The notes under the pieces are model-generated. The model ran no database searches and had not been told where the DNA came from. It was given only the letters and a program-made list of their open reading frames with translations. A stretch of DNA of 64,000 nt, taken from contig CAJINV010000002.1 of assembly GCA_905178155.1 (NCBI GenBank), positions 6,788,743 to 6,852,742 of the forward strand, written 5' to 3'. Numbering within the stretch: position 1 is the first letter of the stretch; every line of letters begins with the position of its first letter. This DNA is from Amoebophrya sp. A120. Lineage: Eukaryota; Protista; Dinoflagellata. The translations under genes were made by a program, and so were the position numbers. This document shows positions 1-11,150 of the stretch, piece by piece.

Positions 1-3000
1 GACATGATCGCGCTCTGTGACAGCGTTTCTGATTGCCTGTACACTGACGTTTTCAAGGTGGACAATAAGACTCCCACATCACAAGGCACTCCCAAGATTA
101 CCACTTACATTCTGCAAGTCGCGGCGAAGACTGCCGCAGCTCTGAAGGACGAGTATTTCAACAAAGCAGGCACTAGTGATCCGGCCCCAGCAGCCGAGAA
201 ATTGCAGCAGTACCTCAATACAATCAAAGATACCGTCCTGTACACGGCTCCAGGGGCTGACGTAGAGCATGGGCAGCAGATTGTCGGGGGAGTTGTCAGC
301 GCGGGAACCCCCGTACTACAGGCGCAACCAACGTACGACAGTTACCAGCAGTTCGGTCTGCGGGATCTACCGGGGCTCTTCAGCGCAACCTATCCTGTGT
401 AAAAACGTAACGCACATTTGCATGATGGAAATCTCTTCCATGCGGAGCCCCATGAGACGCATTGTCTAGTAGCTCTGTTTGAAATAATTTCTGATGGTAC
501 AATGAGCATGAGATATTGGATTTGTGATGCTGCTGCACTAGCTCTACTAGCTGAACGCGATTACATTCCGAGCCCAAACTTGTCATGCGCAACAGCCTGA
601 TACACAATGTCTCACCCGCAGTAGAACAGTCTGTTTATGTCATGCTCATGCGCAACAGCCAAAGCCTAAGTTTGCTGCTTTGTCTTGCAGATTTCCCAAC
701 TTGACTATGGGGCGGGCGCGTTTTTACATATGATACGACTACGAAGATAGTCATGAAGGATAGCGTCACCGCTGACCAGGCGAAAGCAGTAGTTGATGCG
801 TTGCACCCGTTGTTTGTTAACCTGAAGCAGAAAACCTGCCTAGTTGCGAACGTCAACTGCGAGCGTTTCAACCTGTTGTACGGCAACTTTACTGCTGGCG
901 TTCAACCAAAAGTGCTTGCCACCGAGGAAGTCTATCCGGACCTTGCTTCGTGGCAGAAGCTGGTTAACTCCGAGGAGTACAAGGCACTCACGACCGCCGT
1001 GAAAGACACCGCTCGCCAGCAGTATATCGATAACGACCAGTCGATCTTGCACGGCGACTGGAATCTGAACGTGAACGTCGAAGACACACCAAATCCCTTG
1101 ACTGGCTACTTTGTCACCTTGGGGCAGTCTTACCAGCAGAATATGGAATTCTAAATAAACGCCGCGCTCTCACTTGTTGCAACATGATTTGTCAACACGC
1201 AGAATCACTATCACGTCGCTGCGCTTCACGCGCTCAAGCCTCTTCGCATGACAAGTGGTCCTCACCGCGCTAAATACCATTGATTAGGATCCGTGCGAAA
1301 TCTGTAATGCAAGACGCGCAAGGTCGTGGCGGTCAAAGTCCCCCCCTTTCACCACTAGCTTTTCTTTTCTCGCATCGCAAGTTCATGCAACAGTCGAGAG
1401 TGTAAAAGCGCTTGGGCTTGCCATACAGAAGGACGACGACTTTCGAACGCGAGCCACCGTGGGGGCAAGTTTGGCGCCCGCTATCGCTCTCGGGGACAGG
1501 ATGCCGGACCAGTCTCAGCCTCTCTGGAAGGATTACGAAACAGATCCGAAAAAGACGCACGTGCAAGTGAACGTGCGCNATCGCTCTCGGGGACAGGATG
1601 CCGGACCAGTCTCAGCCTCTCTGGAAGGATTACGAAACAGATCCGAAAAAGACGCACGTGCAAGTGAACGTGCGCCTGCTTAAGTTCAATAGAACGGCGC
1701 TGATGAAGCAATTCACTACGAACGGCACGGGCGACACTGTCATGGTCCCTGGGGTCGTGGCGAAAATCGCGGACGCGATCAAAGCCCTGGAGACCACGCA
1801 CCTTCACGCAGTGGCCGCTATGTGCGCTTCGTACACAGCCGGAGATAAAGCCCACAACTGCCTCCACTTCAATATGGGACTCTCAAATGTTACATTCTCA
1901 ACTGTAGTTACAACACGATTTGTACTGCGAAAATGCCATCAGTATCTACATGATCAAGCTGCTTCGCATGAGAAATTCTCGAAGAGCCAAACAGGCTGAG
2001 AATCTGCGCCAAATCTGTCATGCGAGACGCGCTAGGTCTCCCCTTTCGCGTTTGCCATTCTTGCGTCACGAATTCATGTAACAGTTGAGAATGTACTAAC
2101 GTTTGAGAGCGCCATACTCAACGTGTTTCGCAGTTGGGAATTCCCCACCGGAGGTTTGTATGCGCCAGGAGGAGCCGACAGTCAGGAGGAGAAGTACTAC
2201 CTTCTCCAGCACGCCTATGCCGAGTTCGAGGACACTGACACGACGAGGACCAAGTCTTCGCTTGAAAATTCTTCCGCGGTCAAGATGTGCATGGCGCATA
2301 CGTCTCCTGGGTCGTCTGGATGAAGACTAGTAAGTATTGCATCGAAGAAGATTTAGCAACAAAATCAGGCTTGCTTGACATTGCTCGAGTCTTGTTCGTT
2401 CTCTGTGATGCGGAGGCTGGGAAAGATCCTCTTGCGCGTCGAGCCTCTGCTCATGCAAAATAGTAGAAGACGCAGTACAGTTTAATATTGCCATGCGGAT
2501 AATAAACTACGTAGCAGCTAGAAATTGATAAACAATAATTTTCGTGGTCATCGTCATGCAGCTTCTTGGGTGCGTATATAATAGATGACAATCATTCAGT
2601 AAAGTTTTGCAACGTATCTTCATCTTTCCAGACCCGGACGTATTTGCACTCGATACGACACTGACCTGTTGGACTTCTTGAAAGATCAGAAGTTGGACGA
2701 CCCCCTTGGAACGCCGATCTTCAATATTTATGCATTGCAAAAGTTGCCTCAGGTGCCCGCCGTATCATGCTATAGGTTGCGGTATACTTATGTATCAATT
2801 GCTACTGAGAAGTTGCTTGCTCTTGGTCTTGCTGCAGCCTGCTTCTATAATATGTCGATGTAGTCGTGCGTAGCAGTTATATCAATTTATATGATCTATG
2901 ATCAAGAACAAGATCAAGCAAGAGGCTTGCTGCAAAGCGCTTGTTGCAGTACCCGGTGTACGAACTGGCCGATTGCGGTGAGTTTTGCAATGCATAGCAC

Positions 3001-3648
3001 CTTTCCTTCTGGTGCGACGGGCGATGACGTTAATGACTACCTTATCCTGAGTAAAAACATCCCCATACCAGAGTCAAGATGGGGATTTTGCAACACAAAC
3101 CTAGAACTTTTGGGGGTCACGCATGGCAAGTTGCAGTCCGTAGTGTAGTGCAGGTTCGCAAAGCCAGCTGCATCAGAAATCCATCTGCTGATCCGATTTA
3201 CAGCATTACAAATTCCAAAACACGACTAAAAATGGTTCTCCTGGCGATGCGCATTACAAATGTTCCCGTCATTGCAAATCTGCATGACAACTCTGGTGTG
3301 GGGACGTTTTTACTCAGGATATACCTCTTCTTGCATGGCGGTGGTCCGTGCCAGCACATTCCGCTCTATGGCGTTCTCAACTGTTACATTCTCAACTGTT
3401 ACATGATTTGTAATGCAAGAATGGCAAAAGTGAAAGGAAGGGCCTTGCGCGTCTTGCATGACAGATTTGGCACAGATTCTCAGCCTGTTTGGCCGTCTGA
3501 GAATTTGTCACGCGAAGCAGCTTGATGGCGTTGATAGTCAAGGCAATTTTGCATGACAAATCATGTAACAGTTGAGAATGTAACAGTTGAGAGCGCCATA
3601 CGCTCTCAGCCAGCGTTCAGCTATGCGTGGAACGAATGTTTGTTGTAG
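1..3648 (+). CDS. 5'-truncated multi-exon gene; tandem ABM/Dabb-like repeat protein, paralog of 6703-9597
   Basis: ORFs 4-402, 753-1154, 1459/1598-1999 and 2123-2323 join in frame once the TIR elements are removed (LFSATTKIVMK, YQQKDDDFR, NCLHFNVFR). They align with the 8104-9597 protein (LYTVSNRVQFK, LNQQTDDDFR, NCVFLNIFK). Exons after ~2240 and the stop at 3646-3648 are tentative. Confidence 0.7.
391..735. mobile_element. Introner-like TIR element, family A
   Basis: TATCCTGTGTAAAAACG...CGTTTTTACATATGATA; flanking DR CAACC/CGACT; internally similar to 24033-24316. Confidence 0.85.
1142..1425. mobile_element. Introner-like TIR element, family B (diverged)
   Basis: TATGG...CCATA ends; perfect DR CAGAA; removal restores frame. 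Confidence 0.8.
1873..2116. mobile_element. Introner-like TIR element, family B
   Basis: TATGGGACTCTCAAATGTTACATTCTCAACTGT...GAGAGCGCCATA; DR TTCAA/CTCAA. Confidence 0.88.
2240..2655. mobile_element. Degenerate introner-like element, family D
   Basis: 3' end TTCCAGACCCGGACGTATTTGCACTCGATA resembles that of 31565-31820; the 5' TIR is decayed; 9-bp DR GACACTGAC at 2231-2239 and 2657-2665. Confidence 0.55.
2729..2996. mobile_element. Introner-like TIR element, family E
   Basis: Perfect 14-bp TIR TATGCATTGCAAAA...TTTTGCAATGCATA; the flanking 5-mers (ATATT/GCACC) no longer match. Confidence 0.7.
3043..3321. mobile_element. Introner-like TIR element, family A, reverse orientation
   Basis: TATCCTGAGTAAAAAC...GTTTTTACTCAGGATA; perfect DR TACCT. 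Confidence 0.9.
3367..3600. mobile_element. Introner-like TIR element, family B, near-perfect ~44-bp TIR
   Basis: TATGGCGTTCTCAACTGTTACATTCTCAACTGTTACATGATTTG and its reverse complement; perfect DR CGCTC. Confidence 0.93.
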
Positions 3649-4077
3649 CGTCAAGCCGTGAAGATCGCCATAAATCATATCGTTTGATATATGCTTGGTT
3701 GAAGACGAAGTGGAAGTGAAGTAAAATCATTTCTGGTCGAAGATCGACGTTGATAGTACAATCAACATGTGGTCATGCTGTACTATCTCCATCACGAGAG
3801 CCCCCCTCTGGGAGATCAATCATCTGGGTCAATCATCTATGATGAGAGCATCCCTGTGGGTACTACATATAGGTTTTCATCCTACTGAGCCTCCCTCTGG
3901 GTCAATGTTCCTCTTCCTTGCATGCAAGAAATTTCGATCATGGAGAAATGCCTCATCCTTGCATGCTGGAAAAATGTCTTTGCATATTGAAACAAAAAAA
4001 CTGTACTTGGTTCGACTCCGTATGACCAACGCGGTCATTCTTTGCGTTCTTCACATTCTCGCGACAATAAGATTTTC

Positions 4078-4726
4078 GCAGCATACTGCTCCACGCCACC
4101 TTCTGCGACGCTGCTGAACGCCATGGCGAGTCCGGTGACGCAGCCTCTACTATCAACTTGTAGTGTGTCTGGGTCTTGAATCATGCTGTGGACAAAATGT
4201 TTGTCATGCATTTTCGTGTAGAACTGCAATTGCAATACGAAGAGAGACCACGATCTGGAATGCACAGCACAGCTGTTGAGCCTGACAAAATCCGCGGAGC
4301 AGGCTTTTTTTCCATACCTAGCCCGCATGAGGAATAATTCATGCCTTCTACTTATTCGGGAGTTGGCAAATGCTAGAGGTGTTCCAACGCCCATCCGCCA
4401 GGAGGTAAGTGGCTAGTACTGACTGTGCTGCTACTACTTCGAGGGACAAAAAGTGTGTGAGTGCGGCTCGTCTCGCTGACGATGCAAGACAGATTTTTTA
4501 TGTCCACTCCAACACCATCATGATCACGACATCAACAAGTTGCAGCAATGTTTCCAGACCCTGACATATTTGCAATGCATAGCTGCAAGCGGTGAGTGAT
4601 TTTCACAGTGCCACGGTTATTCCGTTCCTGCAGCGCTCCGCGCAGCAGCTGGCTTCCGCACAAGCGGGGGTGTCGCAGTCCCTGACCAACGGCCAGAACC
4701 AATTGCAGCAAGTACTGACGTTCTAG
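4078..4726 (+). CDS. Small hypothetical gene (last two exons; start unresolved)
   Basis: Removing element 4151-4581 plus one DR gives AAYCSTPPSATLLNAMASPVTQPLQAVSDFHSATVIPFLQRSAQQLASAQAGVSQSLTNGQNQLQQVLTF*; this is not in the ORF track. Confidence 0.5.
4151..4581. mobile_element. Introner-like TIR element, family D
   Basis: TATCAAC..TGTCTGGGTCT...CCAGACCCTGACATATTTGCAATGCATA; DR TCTAC/GCTGC. Confidence 0.72.
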
Positions 4727-6702
4727 ACGGAGAGGATGTGAGCTGCACGACGTCCACCTCGTCGTCAGCCGTCTTCTAGGTCCTTGTACTGGCACCTAAT
4801 CCTATTTCCGTCAAGATAAAAGCAGTGTGACTTCTGGGAGAACTGAGAACAACGCTGGGCGAGATGGGCCCTGGCCCACCTGTTAGAGAAGAACATTGTT
4901 GGATGTACAACTTTGATCACGCAAAAAACGCGACGAAGTAGCATTACTACTTTCACGTAGTTTTTCGCTTGGTACTAGTATACTGTGAGGCCAGAACATC
5001 AAAAGTTCCTACGCAAAGTTCATCTTGTCAGGAAAGGACAATTTAAAAGTTGAAGTGTAAAAGACTGTGAAAACAGAAGTTTGCGATCACAAAAACAACA
5101 TCACCCTGGGAACGCCAGAAGTAGGATGTAACACCAATATTGAGAACATATAGTGATCCATATGTATCGTTATTTCAACTACTATCGCTAGCGGAGCGAA
5201 ACCCAAACCGAAAGCTTGCTATACTTAATGTGCCAATTAGGGGCAGAAGTATCAAGATTTACAAGTGTGTCGCACACATCTAAGTAGTGCGAACTGATCC
5301 TAAGCAAGCAAGAGCGCGTGTTCAGTAGTTGATGCGCAAGCTAGTGAGCAGTCGTTTTCCATACAGTGAAAAATAAAAAAGATGCATAACTGATGAAACT
5401 GGTTGATGATGCTGAAGACTAGCGTTGCGATGAACTGGTAAGAATTCCCCAGTCGGAATCGTGCGCAGTCAGCTACACTGATTGCGAGTGTAGTTTTTGC
5501 CTCAACATGATCAACACACAAGAACATCTAAAGACCTTTTCCTACTAGCATTTCGATCGCCTGCTGATCATTAGAAACCATCTGAAGAACTCCTTCGCGG
5601 TTCGGGACGGCACTCGTTCTAAAAGGAATGAGCAGGTTGCTTATAGTACATACATACATCAGTAGGAGCAGGCTGCTCATACTGACAACAAGATGAGCAG
5701 GTTTCTCATACATACATTGCAACTGATTAATACACGGGGGCAGGCGAGTCGTTATAAACGAAAAAAATGAGGAACAAGATGACTCGGAAGAGTTGGTGAT
5801 GAGGTAGCCAATCAATCTTCATCGTTGCGTGTTCTGTCATGTTTCATCTCAGGTGGAGGTGATCCCGCGAAACTAAGTAACGCTCCTAAGTTGCTTTTTT
5901 AGTGAAAAGGATGAAATAAAAGTAAAACAAAAAGGAGAACCGAAGACAAAAATGCGTTCGCATCATCTCTGCCGCACAAATAGCTCCAACGCCGGTTCAC
6001 AGATCACTCGGTAATAAAATGAGGAAAAGACGATCAAGAGGACAACAAACCCAAGTCAATGACCTGTTGAAACCAATATAATGAAAACGATCAACCTCTA
6101 CCTCTACTTATCGGTCGCGTTCCCTGTCGACGCCGAAGATGAAGCTCGTCGGTCCACGGTCAAATGGAAGAGCAGAGACTCACAAGCATATATTTGCGCA
6201 CCTTTCATCCGCCCAAAGCGATCATACAAGTTTAGTATAGGAAAAATAACTATGAGACTCTTTCAAGATGTTGAAACGAAGCACGTGAAATTTGCATCTA
6301 TCGGTATCGCCTTCATGCACATGCTCAAAAAAGAAAATGCAAACTCGAATCGTACAATTAAATGGGGCCTACCTCATCATTCTTCACAAAAATCAACTTC
6401 AGCGATTTTCAATATTGGATAATTTTGAAGACACCTACTACAAAAACTTCCAAAAGTACAATTTACTATCACATAAAAAACAAAAACTCTTTTTGGACCA
6501 AGAAGCATGTACAGCTATTTCTAGCTAGCGAAAGTCGAAAGTCTATGGACCGGGAAAACAGCAGATAGTACGACGTATCTATTATAGTTGTCGGTAGCGA
6601 AGCCGAAGAACATTAGAAAAAACGACAACAAGAATAAACTCAAGAGTAGTAGTATAGCCTCAAGAATAACGACGACCGTCCAAAGCAAAAAACGCACAAA
6701 AA

Positions 6703-9597
6703 ATGGCCTCGTCTCCGAAAGTCAAAACTGCCGCTCCTGAGCACAACAAGGGCGGCAAGAACGACCGGCCTAGCTCTTATGCCGACTATTTGTCGGACTA
6801 CGATCCGTTGCTAGAGGACGTGGAAAAGGGTCACCACGGATCTGCTGCGAAGCATGCCCGCGCCGGGGGCGGTGATAGTCGGAAGAAGTGCTCCCCGTGG
6901 TGCATCGGCCTCCTCGTGTTCTTGGTTCTCGCCCTTATGGATGTGTCAGAGTTGAAATCGACAAAGTTGAAATAATTTGTCATGCATAAAATGGATGCCA
7001 GTTGGAACCCAGTTTCTAACTGGCGCATGACAAATTTCGGTGGTCCCTAAATCCAGTTTGTCATGCTGTTTAGGCAAAGAAGAGCGATTTTCTCATGCTA
7101 CTTTAGCAGCTCGAGCTGTAACCCCAATCAGGCTTACAATCGGCCTCACTTGCCTGCTCTGCAACACACGTACCTCGGGTCATGCATTTTATGCATTACA
7201 AATTATTTCAACTTTGACGATTTCAAACCTGACGCTCCCATAGCCCTGATCGCGGGTATAATCGTGGCCATTTACTTCGCCGTCGTCAACAGCAAGGGGG
7301 ACGGATCCTTGTCAACGGAGCAAATCTACTCCATTAACCCGGTGCTGACCTTTGTGAACGCGCCGGACGCCGCCACGCAAAAGAAGGTGCAGGCTGCACT
7401 GGACGAGTTGGAGTTCACACTAATCCCGCAGCTCAAGCAGAAGTGCTACAGCCCAGTTAAGAACAAGGTGCTGGCGCAGGCCTGCCTCCGGTTCGAGACC
7501 TACCGCGGGAAGCAGGGGGACCCCACCAAGCCGGCGGAACAGAAGGAAATGGTCCTGCTGCACACGGCCTATGCGATGAACAAAACGTGGACCATATCCG
7601 GCGGAAAAACGGGGCCCACAACCGATACAGATAGTTCTTGCCATACGATAGAGATAGTTCTTGCCATGCGATAGAGATAGTTCTTTCCATGCTGCATGCC
7701 CAGATCATACATCCAGTTCCAGAGCCTGTGGCTCTGCCATGCCCCTCCGCAGGGGAGGCAATTTTTTTCTATTTGAAGTTGGGAGTTTGTAAAAATGCGA
7801 TAAGTAACCAGGAAGACCAAGATAGGGAAGTGGATCTGTGGTGCGTCTGCTGCACTAGTACTTGCAACACACGATTACACTGCACCAGCATCGTGTCATG
7901 CGTGAGCCCCTAAACAAAGGTCTGGCTTTGTCTGGCAGATTTCCCATCTCTGCTTCGGGGTGTGGGCCCGTTTTTGCTCAGGATAGACCAACCCGGACAC
8001 CAACAGCCAGGAGGTAATCGCGAACGGCTACAAGGTCTTCAAGGACACGTGGGCCTACAAGGCGTTTGACGCCGCGCTGAAGCGGTATGCGCAGGACAAG
8101 CTTTTGGACGGGGTGGACCTTACGCAGGGCAAAAAGCTCCAGCACTACGGGGGGAGCAACTGGCTCTACCAGCAGGGCGCAGGTGGGGATGAGAACAAGA
8201 AGGAGAGCAAGAACAGCGCCGCCGGCCTCGCGGAGAACCGGCGCGACTGGAAGACGAAGGCGCAGTCGAGCAGCGTGAAGGGCGCCACCGCGGTTCTGGC
8301 GTTCACGGGGGACCCGGCGAAGAAGGACGCGGTAAAGAAGGTCATCAAAGAGCTGGAGCAGACGCACATCCCCGCACTGATCGACTCCTGCTACGACGAC
8401 AGCAAAGAACCCGGGTGCCTCTACTACGACGCCTTCCGCCGCAGCAGCAAGAAGGACGACGACAGCGGCGTGTCGCAGGAGTTTGTGACTTACGTGTTCG
8501 AAGAGGCGTTTGCGACCGCCGCCGCCCAGCAGGCGCACGGCAAGGCCGAGGCGTTCACGAACTTCCGGACCTGGCGCGACTCGGACGAGGTCAAAGGCCT
8601 GCGGATTCAGCCCCTGTTCGCGTTCTCCGGGAGCGAGTTTGGCCTGCAGAACCTCCCCTCTCTGTACACCGTCAGCAACCGGGTGCAATTCAAGCACGAC
8701 GCGGACCCGACGGCGGTCGCCAACGCGGTAAAGGACTTCGAAGAGAACATTTTCGCCAACATCCGCAAAACCCCGTGCGTGAAAAAGATGGCGGACTTGC
8801 GCAAGAAGCAGAACTACAGTGGGGCGAAGCAGCTTTGCGAGCGGTACGACGTGTGGAAGAACGACGCGTACGCCGTTCCCGGCGTGACGCCGGCAGTGAC
8901 GACAACGCTGTTCTCCACCATGGAAGTCTACCCGGACCGCCAGAGCTTCCTGGATGCCATGGCTGCGGACGAAACTTACCAGGCCCTGCGCGACGCGGTT
9001 AACACGACGCACGCAACGGTGATCGACGCGGCAAGCACGAAAATTTTCGATCCCGCCGCGGCGCTCGCCGACGCGCCGTTGAGTGGGAACTTGGCGCGCC
9101 TGAATCAACAGACGGACGACGATTTCCGGCAGCAAGAGGACAGCAAGTCCTTGGGGATCGACCCGGCAAAGGCCTTGGGGGAAAAAATCCCCGACCAGAC
9201 CCAATACGCCAGTTTCGCGAAGCCGTTTGGGCGGATTACGAGCATTCAGTTCGACCCTGCCGCGGTCACCGGGAACAAGATCAAGGACGTGGTCAGCAAG
9301 CTGGAATCCGAACTGTTCCCGGCCGTGGTCACTTCTTGCAAAGATACCGAGGAAAACTGCGTCTTCTTGAATATTTTCAAGACCACGGGGTTCAGCTCCT
9401 CCACCAGCCTTGGCCAGCAGGGCTACGTCATTCAAGCCTTCTACAAAGACGAAGCGAAATTCCTGACGGAGGATATGGCCGCCCCGGCCGTGAAGGCATT
9501 AGGTGAGTACCTTCTGGCGCCAGAACAAGCACCCTTGTTCCAGGGTGACGCGGCAGGAAAGGCTAGCATGACGGGAAACTTCGTCACGTTGAACTAA
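6703..9597 (+). CDS. Type II membrane protein with ~4 tandem ABM/Dabb-like domains (3 exons)
   Basis: Splicing out 6936-7242 restores the TM helix CIGLLVFLVLALIAGIIVAIYFAVV; splicing out 7595-7985 joins to ORF 8104-9597. The EPGCLYYD...EEAFATAAAQQAH segment resembles ABM domains (the domain call is inference). Confidence 0.8.
6936..7242. mobile_element. Introner-like TIR element, family C
   Basis: ~50-bp imperfect TIR TATGGATGTGTCAG...CTGACGCTCCCATA; perfect DR GCCCT; homologous to 24561-24866. Confidence 0.92.
7595..7985. mobile_element. Introner-like TIR element, family A, with internal 23-bp tandem repeat (7630-7692)
   Basis: TATCCGGCGGAAAAACGGGGCCCACA...TGTGGGCCCGTTTTTGCTCAGGATA; perfect DR GACCA. 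Confidence 0.9.
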
Positions 9598-11150
9598 CTT
9601 TTCATGGCGGCTATTTGATCGATAACACGACCGAGACGAGCAGGGGTTGGTCATTGAGAAGTCTTGATGTACAGTTATCTAGTAAAACTTGATGTTGTTC
9701 TTGACCACGCAGCTTGAAAATAAAGAATGGGATTGTATAAGTTTGTATGCTTTTTATTGGCAACTAAAGGTTTTTTTTTTGTTTTGTGAAGCTCCTTGAG
9801 TTTGAACCGTAGTAAAGAACTACCTGCTGCTACGGTCGACTCATCGTAGTACTCATCGCCTCGCAGAGATAGTGCTATTGGAGCTCCTTTTGGGGAATGG
9901 AAATAATGATAGCCTCTTTTTATCGAAGAAGATGAAATTTATCATGTGTATGATTGGACATTTTTTGATGATGTTGATGTTGCCCTACCATGTATGATTG
10001 AACTTCTGGAGTAGTTGTATTTTCGTATGTACCTACTTCTGACTTTTACTTCTTTCCTTATCGAGATATAAAGCGTGCTAGTCGGAGCCATCCTCGTCGG
10101 ACAGAAGAAAAGCATGGAAGATACAAGGCGAGGGTGTAGAGCGTGTTGGATGATGAACACGACAAACAAAGATCGTGGTCGACGAGATAGGTCTCTAGTA
10201 CCGCCGATAAGGAACTATTGCGAGGATGCGCTAGTCGCTCGCGCGCTCAAAGTTGTCCTCCTCCGGGGCTTCTTCACGCCGCTTGTAGCGCTAGGAACTT
10301 CGCACAAGAAGAAGAACACCACCAAAAACTCTTGCTACCTTATTTTTACTACCCCGAGAAGTTTACTTCCGCGACGAGGTCTGCAAAGGCTGCTTGTTAC
10401 TCGCGAGTAGCTGCTCCGTAGATCTCGAAGAAACTTTCTCTAGGTACTTGGCATCTATTGGTAAAATTATCGCACGAAAAGAGAAAGAGTCCTACGATGG
10501 ACTTTTCCGTGTTCAGTATTAGGAGATGCGGATGCAGCCTGTTCGTACAAACGTAAGATTTGCGTTTTCGGAAATTATAATCTCGGGAACACGACGAGCA
10601 GTTTCTTCTTGCCTTGTGCTGGTATAGTAGTTTTCTTCTTCTCCGCGTCGTCTGTCGCGTATTGCTACCGTCGTTGCTGGGAACCACGACGCGGCGTCAC
10701 CGCTCCATCTCTTCCACAGTTCTTCGTCTTGCAACACCAATTGTTTTTGTTTCTTCGATCCTAGGCACCAGAACTGTTGCAAAGAAGGTCGAGCTCAAAG
10801 TGCTGAGGTTGTACAGAGTCGTGTGCGACCTGTACTAGTTCTCCCTCGCGCAAAAGGGACGAAAGCTGCCCATCGGTGCTAATCGTAATCGATCGGCAAA
10901 GAGCCACCCCGTTTTGGTCTTCGGTTTTCGGCATTGATTTCTAATTCATTTGTGCGACCCCGACCTCTCCTGCCTATTCCAGTAGACCAACAGAAATCTT
11001 TTGCAAAAACCGTATTACTCAAGCATGGCGCCGCAATCCTCAGGGTCGCGAATGAGTTTGGGTCTCCTCGTGTCCTCGCAAAAACATGCTGCAGAGAGAG
11101 ACGAGACGAGGTGTATATTGAGGGACGAATCCACCTGCCTGCAGAAAGAG

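Noticed and set aside
1483-1675. Exact 96-bp tandem duplication causing a frameshift
   Set aside because: The copies 1483-1578 and 1580-1675 are identical and separated by a single N; this is typical of an unmerged contig overlap, not biology.
4730-6700. Short ORFs in AT-rich intergenic DNA (also 9600-11000, 25640-26960, 33150-34500)
   Set aside because: No coding-like composition or recognisable motifs; no tRNA or rRNA signature seen by eye.
7978-9435. 485-aa minus-strand ORF
   Set aside because: Antisense shadow of the GC3-rich + strand gene; the + frame has a paralog and repeat structure.
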